Origin: Candidatus Omnitrophota bacterium | GTDB lineage: Bacteria; Omnitrophota; Gorgyraeia; Zapsychrales; Fredricksoniimonadaceae | Direction: 5' to 3' | Assembly: GCA_015233375.1 (NCBI GenBank) | Contig: JADFXW010000005.1 | Location: 541-41,027, forward strand | DNA length: 40,487 nt | Shown here: positions 37,978 through 40,487 of the stretch, one piece after another | Numbering within the stretch: position 1 is the stretch's first letter | How the letters are laid out: each line of letters begins with the position of its first letter | Translations under genes and position numbers: made by a program | The notes under the pieces: model-generated | What the model was told of the DNA's origin: nothing | Database searches by the model: none | What the model saw: the letters and a program-made list of their open reading frames with translations, nothing else

Positions 37978-40288
37978 ACGGGAGCCTGCCTAACTCATGA
38001 GCTAAAGCTACCGTGACGAGTTTATCTTGATCCATTTGTAATTTCATTTTCTGTGTATATAGTTGGGCAGAAGCCAAGCCACGCAGGACATGCCTTTGTC
38101 TATTCGTCAATGTTTTTGTCGAATCCTCTTTAACATGTACAAATGTTGGAAAACAGCCGCCGATATTCTTAAGCCTTACCCACCCCGAGGATGAACGAAT
38201 TTTCTCTGCTAATCCGGCGCTTGTCATAGAGGCACTGACCTCTTGTTTCTGACTAAGAAGCTCAGTTCTTCCTAAATGCAACAGTTTAGAAGTTATATTG
38301 TTTCTTATTTTAGCCAGTTGCGGTGATCCTTGAAGTCTCTCAAGAGCATCGTGGTCTAATATATTCCCAAAGCTTATATTGTTCCCGTACACCGATGCCT
38401 CCAGTACACCTTTCGAATCAAGATATAAATACGATTGATCATAGGAGGGAGTATCGTATGCTATTGTAAAATCGTTATCAAATTGTCTTCGTATAGCCTG
38501 ACACGCTTCAAAGTATGTTTCATAATCAATAAAATATGGATCCTTTTCTTCCGCATATAATTTAGCTGTTTTTCCTATTCTTTTATACCTGCTTATTTTC
38601 CAACGAAAATTCTGGAGACCTTGTCTTTGTTGCTCCATTAATTGACCGATTTTAGGAAGGTCTGCCAAATTTTTTGCCGAAGCCACGGTCAAAATTTGGG
38701 TCTTTAGATGAGGAAAATGTTGCTTAATCAATCCGATTGTACGCAAACCTGCTTCAAAAGTTCCCTGACGTCCACTGACTTGATCATTTTCAATATTATA
38801 ACCATTGATTGAAACAGAAAGAAAATCAATATTGGGTATAAGATCTAAAAATTTCCTCTCATTTAATAAAACGCTGTTTGTATAAAATAAAATCCGTAAT
38901 CCCTTTTCTTTGGCATATTTTACAAGATCTACTATATGAGAAACCATCAAGGGTTCTCCTCCAGTAATCGTTAAGGAGACAACCCCATTAGCCTGCATCA
39001 TATCAACCATTCTTTTATGTTCTTCAAGAGTCCCTTCCTGATCTGCCGCAAAATTGTCCTTCCAACATATAGAACAATCACGATTACATCTTTTTGTAAC
39101 CAAAAATTCCATTACCGGCGGCAATATCATTGCCGCATTAGACTTGCTTACAAACGTTTCAACGACAGCCATGGCCCCATTCACTGTTATTTGGTCTCCT
39201 GGAGTTGGCTTCTGTTCTGCTTCCAGGATACCAGAAGTCTTCATGGCTAATCCACCTGAGAAATATTTGCGTGAAATGAACTGTTTACTACCCTCATCCA
39301 TCTCTTCCTTAATATAATTAAAAACCCCCTTTTTGTACGCTTTTAAATACTCTTCATAAATTTTTTCCTTGACCCCAATATCATCAGATAAAACGCCACC
39401 GATTTTGGCTTTATTGCTATAAACCTGATTAAGCAAAGCATCTTTCAAAGCCAGCTTATACCATGAAGCCAAAATCATTGAATAAAACATCTGCCGCAAG
39501 GGTGCAAAATTCCGTCCTTGATTGACCTCTTTTTCAAGTTCAGGAATGATGATTTCGCGGATGATGTGACTGCCTATTTGATTGGTAGAGACGCCATAAA
39601 TAGCATCTCTGCGATGATAAAAATTGCCTTGATATTTTTTAAGAGAAAGATAATCCTCATCAAGCATCACCTTTAATTTTGCGCCAACCACATACACGGC
39701 GTTGTTATGTTCCAAAACCTTGGCCTTTTCTGCCACAATCCATACCTTGTTAAAAGTACTCACCAAAATTTCAGATGTGCCATATTTTGCCTGGGCCTTT
39801 GCATAAACCCTATTCCAAAACTCTTGGCCTAAATGTTTCTCAGGATAAATGAGGGACGCGGTTAATTGCTTTAAGATGTAGTCTTGGGCTAACATATCAC
39901 GCCCCAATCCTGTTTTTCCTAACTCGGTTGGAATCATCCTGTTTTTTTCATAAGGAGATAAATTAACCCATAAATCATCTTCTTTGATGGTCAATGAGGC
40001 CAAGAAATATTTAATAAGTTTTTCGGATTCAACCTTAAATTCATGCCTGTTCACTTTTAGACCGGAATTGCCCGTGTCTAGAATGAAATCAAATAGAAAT
40101 GGATTTTCAGAATGAACTTTCAAGCCTTTAATCAAAACTGGCTCGAAGGCAGGGCTTAAATTTACCATGGTCCCTGCAACAGGTAAATCAGCAATAGACA
40201 TAGCCATGCTCATAGAGCACACCGGCCCTGGCATAGCCATGATTGATAAAATAACAAAATAAATGAATATTTTTTTGAGTTTATTCAT
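37946..40288 (-). CDS. Paralog 3, N-terminal part: conserved N-domain, viperin-like radical SAM, start of HD-like domain
   Basis: Start MNKLKK (40288) matches paralog 2; YFSGG (39251-39265); CNRDCSIC (39065-39088), TGGEP, RWK; ALAHELGRLPF just before the stop. Confidence 0.8.
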   Translation of the reverse strand: MNKLKKIFIYFVILSIMAMPGPVCSMSMAMSIADLPVAGTMVNLSPAFEPVLIKGLKVHSENPFLFDFILDTGNSGLKVNRHEFKVESEKLIKYFLASLTIKEDDLWVNLSPYEKNRMIPTELGKTGLGRDMLAQDYILKQLTASLIYPEKHLGQEFWNRVYAKAQAKYGTSEILVSTFNKVWIVAEKAKVLEHNNAVYVVGAKLKVMLDEDYLSLKKYQGNFYHRRDAIYGVSTNQIGSHIIREIIIPELEKEVNQGRNFAPLRQMFYSMILASWYKLALKDALLNQVYSNKAKIGGVLSDDIGVKEKIYEEYLKAYKKGVFNYIKEEMDEGSKQFISRKYFSGGLAMKTSGILEAEQKPTPGDQITVNGAMAVVETFVSKSNAAMILPPVMEFLVTKRCNRDCSICWKDNFAADQEGTLEEHKRMVDMMQANGVVSLTITGGEPLMVSHIVDLVKYAKEKGLRILFYTNSVLLNERKFLDLIPNIDFLSVSINGYNIENDQVSGRQGTFEAGLRTIGLIKQHFPHLKTQILTVASAKNLADLPKIGQLMEQQRQGLQNFRWKISRYKRIGKTAKLYAEEKDPYFIDYETYFEACQAIRRQFDNDFTIAYDTPSYDQSYLYLDSKGVLEASVYGNNISFGNILDHDALERLQGSPQLAKIRNNITSKLLHLGRTELLSQKQEVSASMTSAGLAEKIRSSSGWVRLKNIGGCFPTFVHVKEDSTKTLTNRQRHVLRGLASAQLYTQKMKLQMDQDKLVTVALAHELGRLPFVHFVEGRDR
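39585..39612. repeat. GTAG-type REP in frame within paralog 3
   Basis: GTAGAGACGCCATAAATAGCATCTCTGC hairpin, read on the minus strand as RRDAIYGVST. Confidence 0.75.
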
Positions 40289-40323
40289 AAATAAATTTTG
40301 ATAATAAATATATAGACAGTGAG

Positions 40324-40352
40324 AGTATACCCGGTATGCAAGAAATAAGCAA
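40324..40352 (-). promoter_or_regulatory. Putative sigma70 promoter of the paralog array
   Basis: TTGCTT (40347-40352), 17 nt, TATACT (40324-40329); supports the start at 40288 over 40393. Confidence 0.6.
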
Positions 40353-40487
40353 ATTTGTTTATTTTTGAAAATTTTTTCTGGGGAAAATTTCATGCAACTG
40401 TATTTTTAAAAAATAAGAAAAAAGAGGAAATCAAATATGGTGGGATGATAGGAAATGTTCTAGAAACTGCTTGGTACCTTCTAATAA

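Noticed and set aside
24840-40487. tRNA-anchored genomic island or prophage
   Set aside because: Lies on the 5' side of the tRNAs; no integrase, att duplication or phage genes are visible.

Overview
AT-rich bacterial chromosomal window, probably Omnitrophota/PVC-like (inferred from the YFSGG...GGIDL protein family, not proven). 1-25 kb is mostly housekeeping: thioredoxin-fold protein, B12 radical SAM, ferredoxin, NUDIX, a complete F-type ATP synthase operon, a RelE/XRE toxin-antitoxin pair, moeA, TPR and YfhO-like proteins, TrmH, PepF, rpmB, recJ, argS, rsfS, gpsA, GT2 and tRNA-Thr/Tyr/Gly. 25-29 kb holds a FixL/FixJ(NodVW/TodST)-like two-component cluster with twin palindromic operators and a short pyruvate kinase. 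29.4-40.3 kb is a tandem array of three probably exported paralogs. They share a ~340-aa N-domain ending YFSGG and a ~60-aa C-terminal GGIDL module, bracketing unrelated cargoes: ~106-aa repeats; a helical unknown domain; and a viperin-like radical SAM plus dGTPase-like HD domain (this copy is frameshifted). Main findings: (1) this modular carrier/cargo system; (2) an unannotated 57-aa gene resembling the crenarchaeal chromatin protein CC1, with a near-consensus promoter and perfect SD, abutting rsfS; (3) at least four families of short palindromic repeats inserted in frame into proteins, two of them into the same loop of two paralogs; (4) long rod-like palindromes inside the atp operon.
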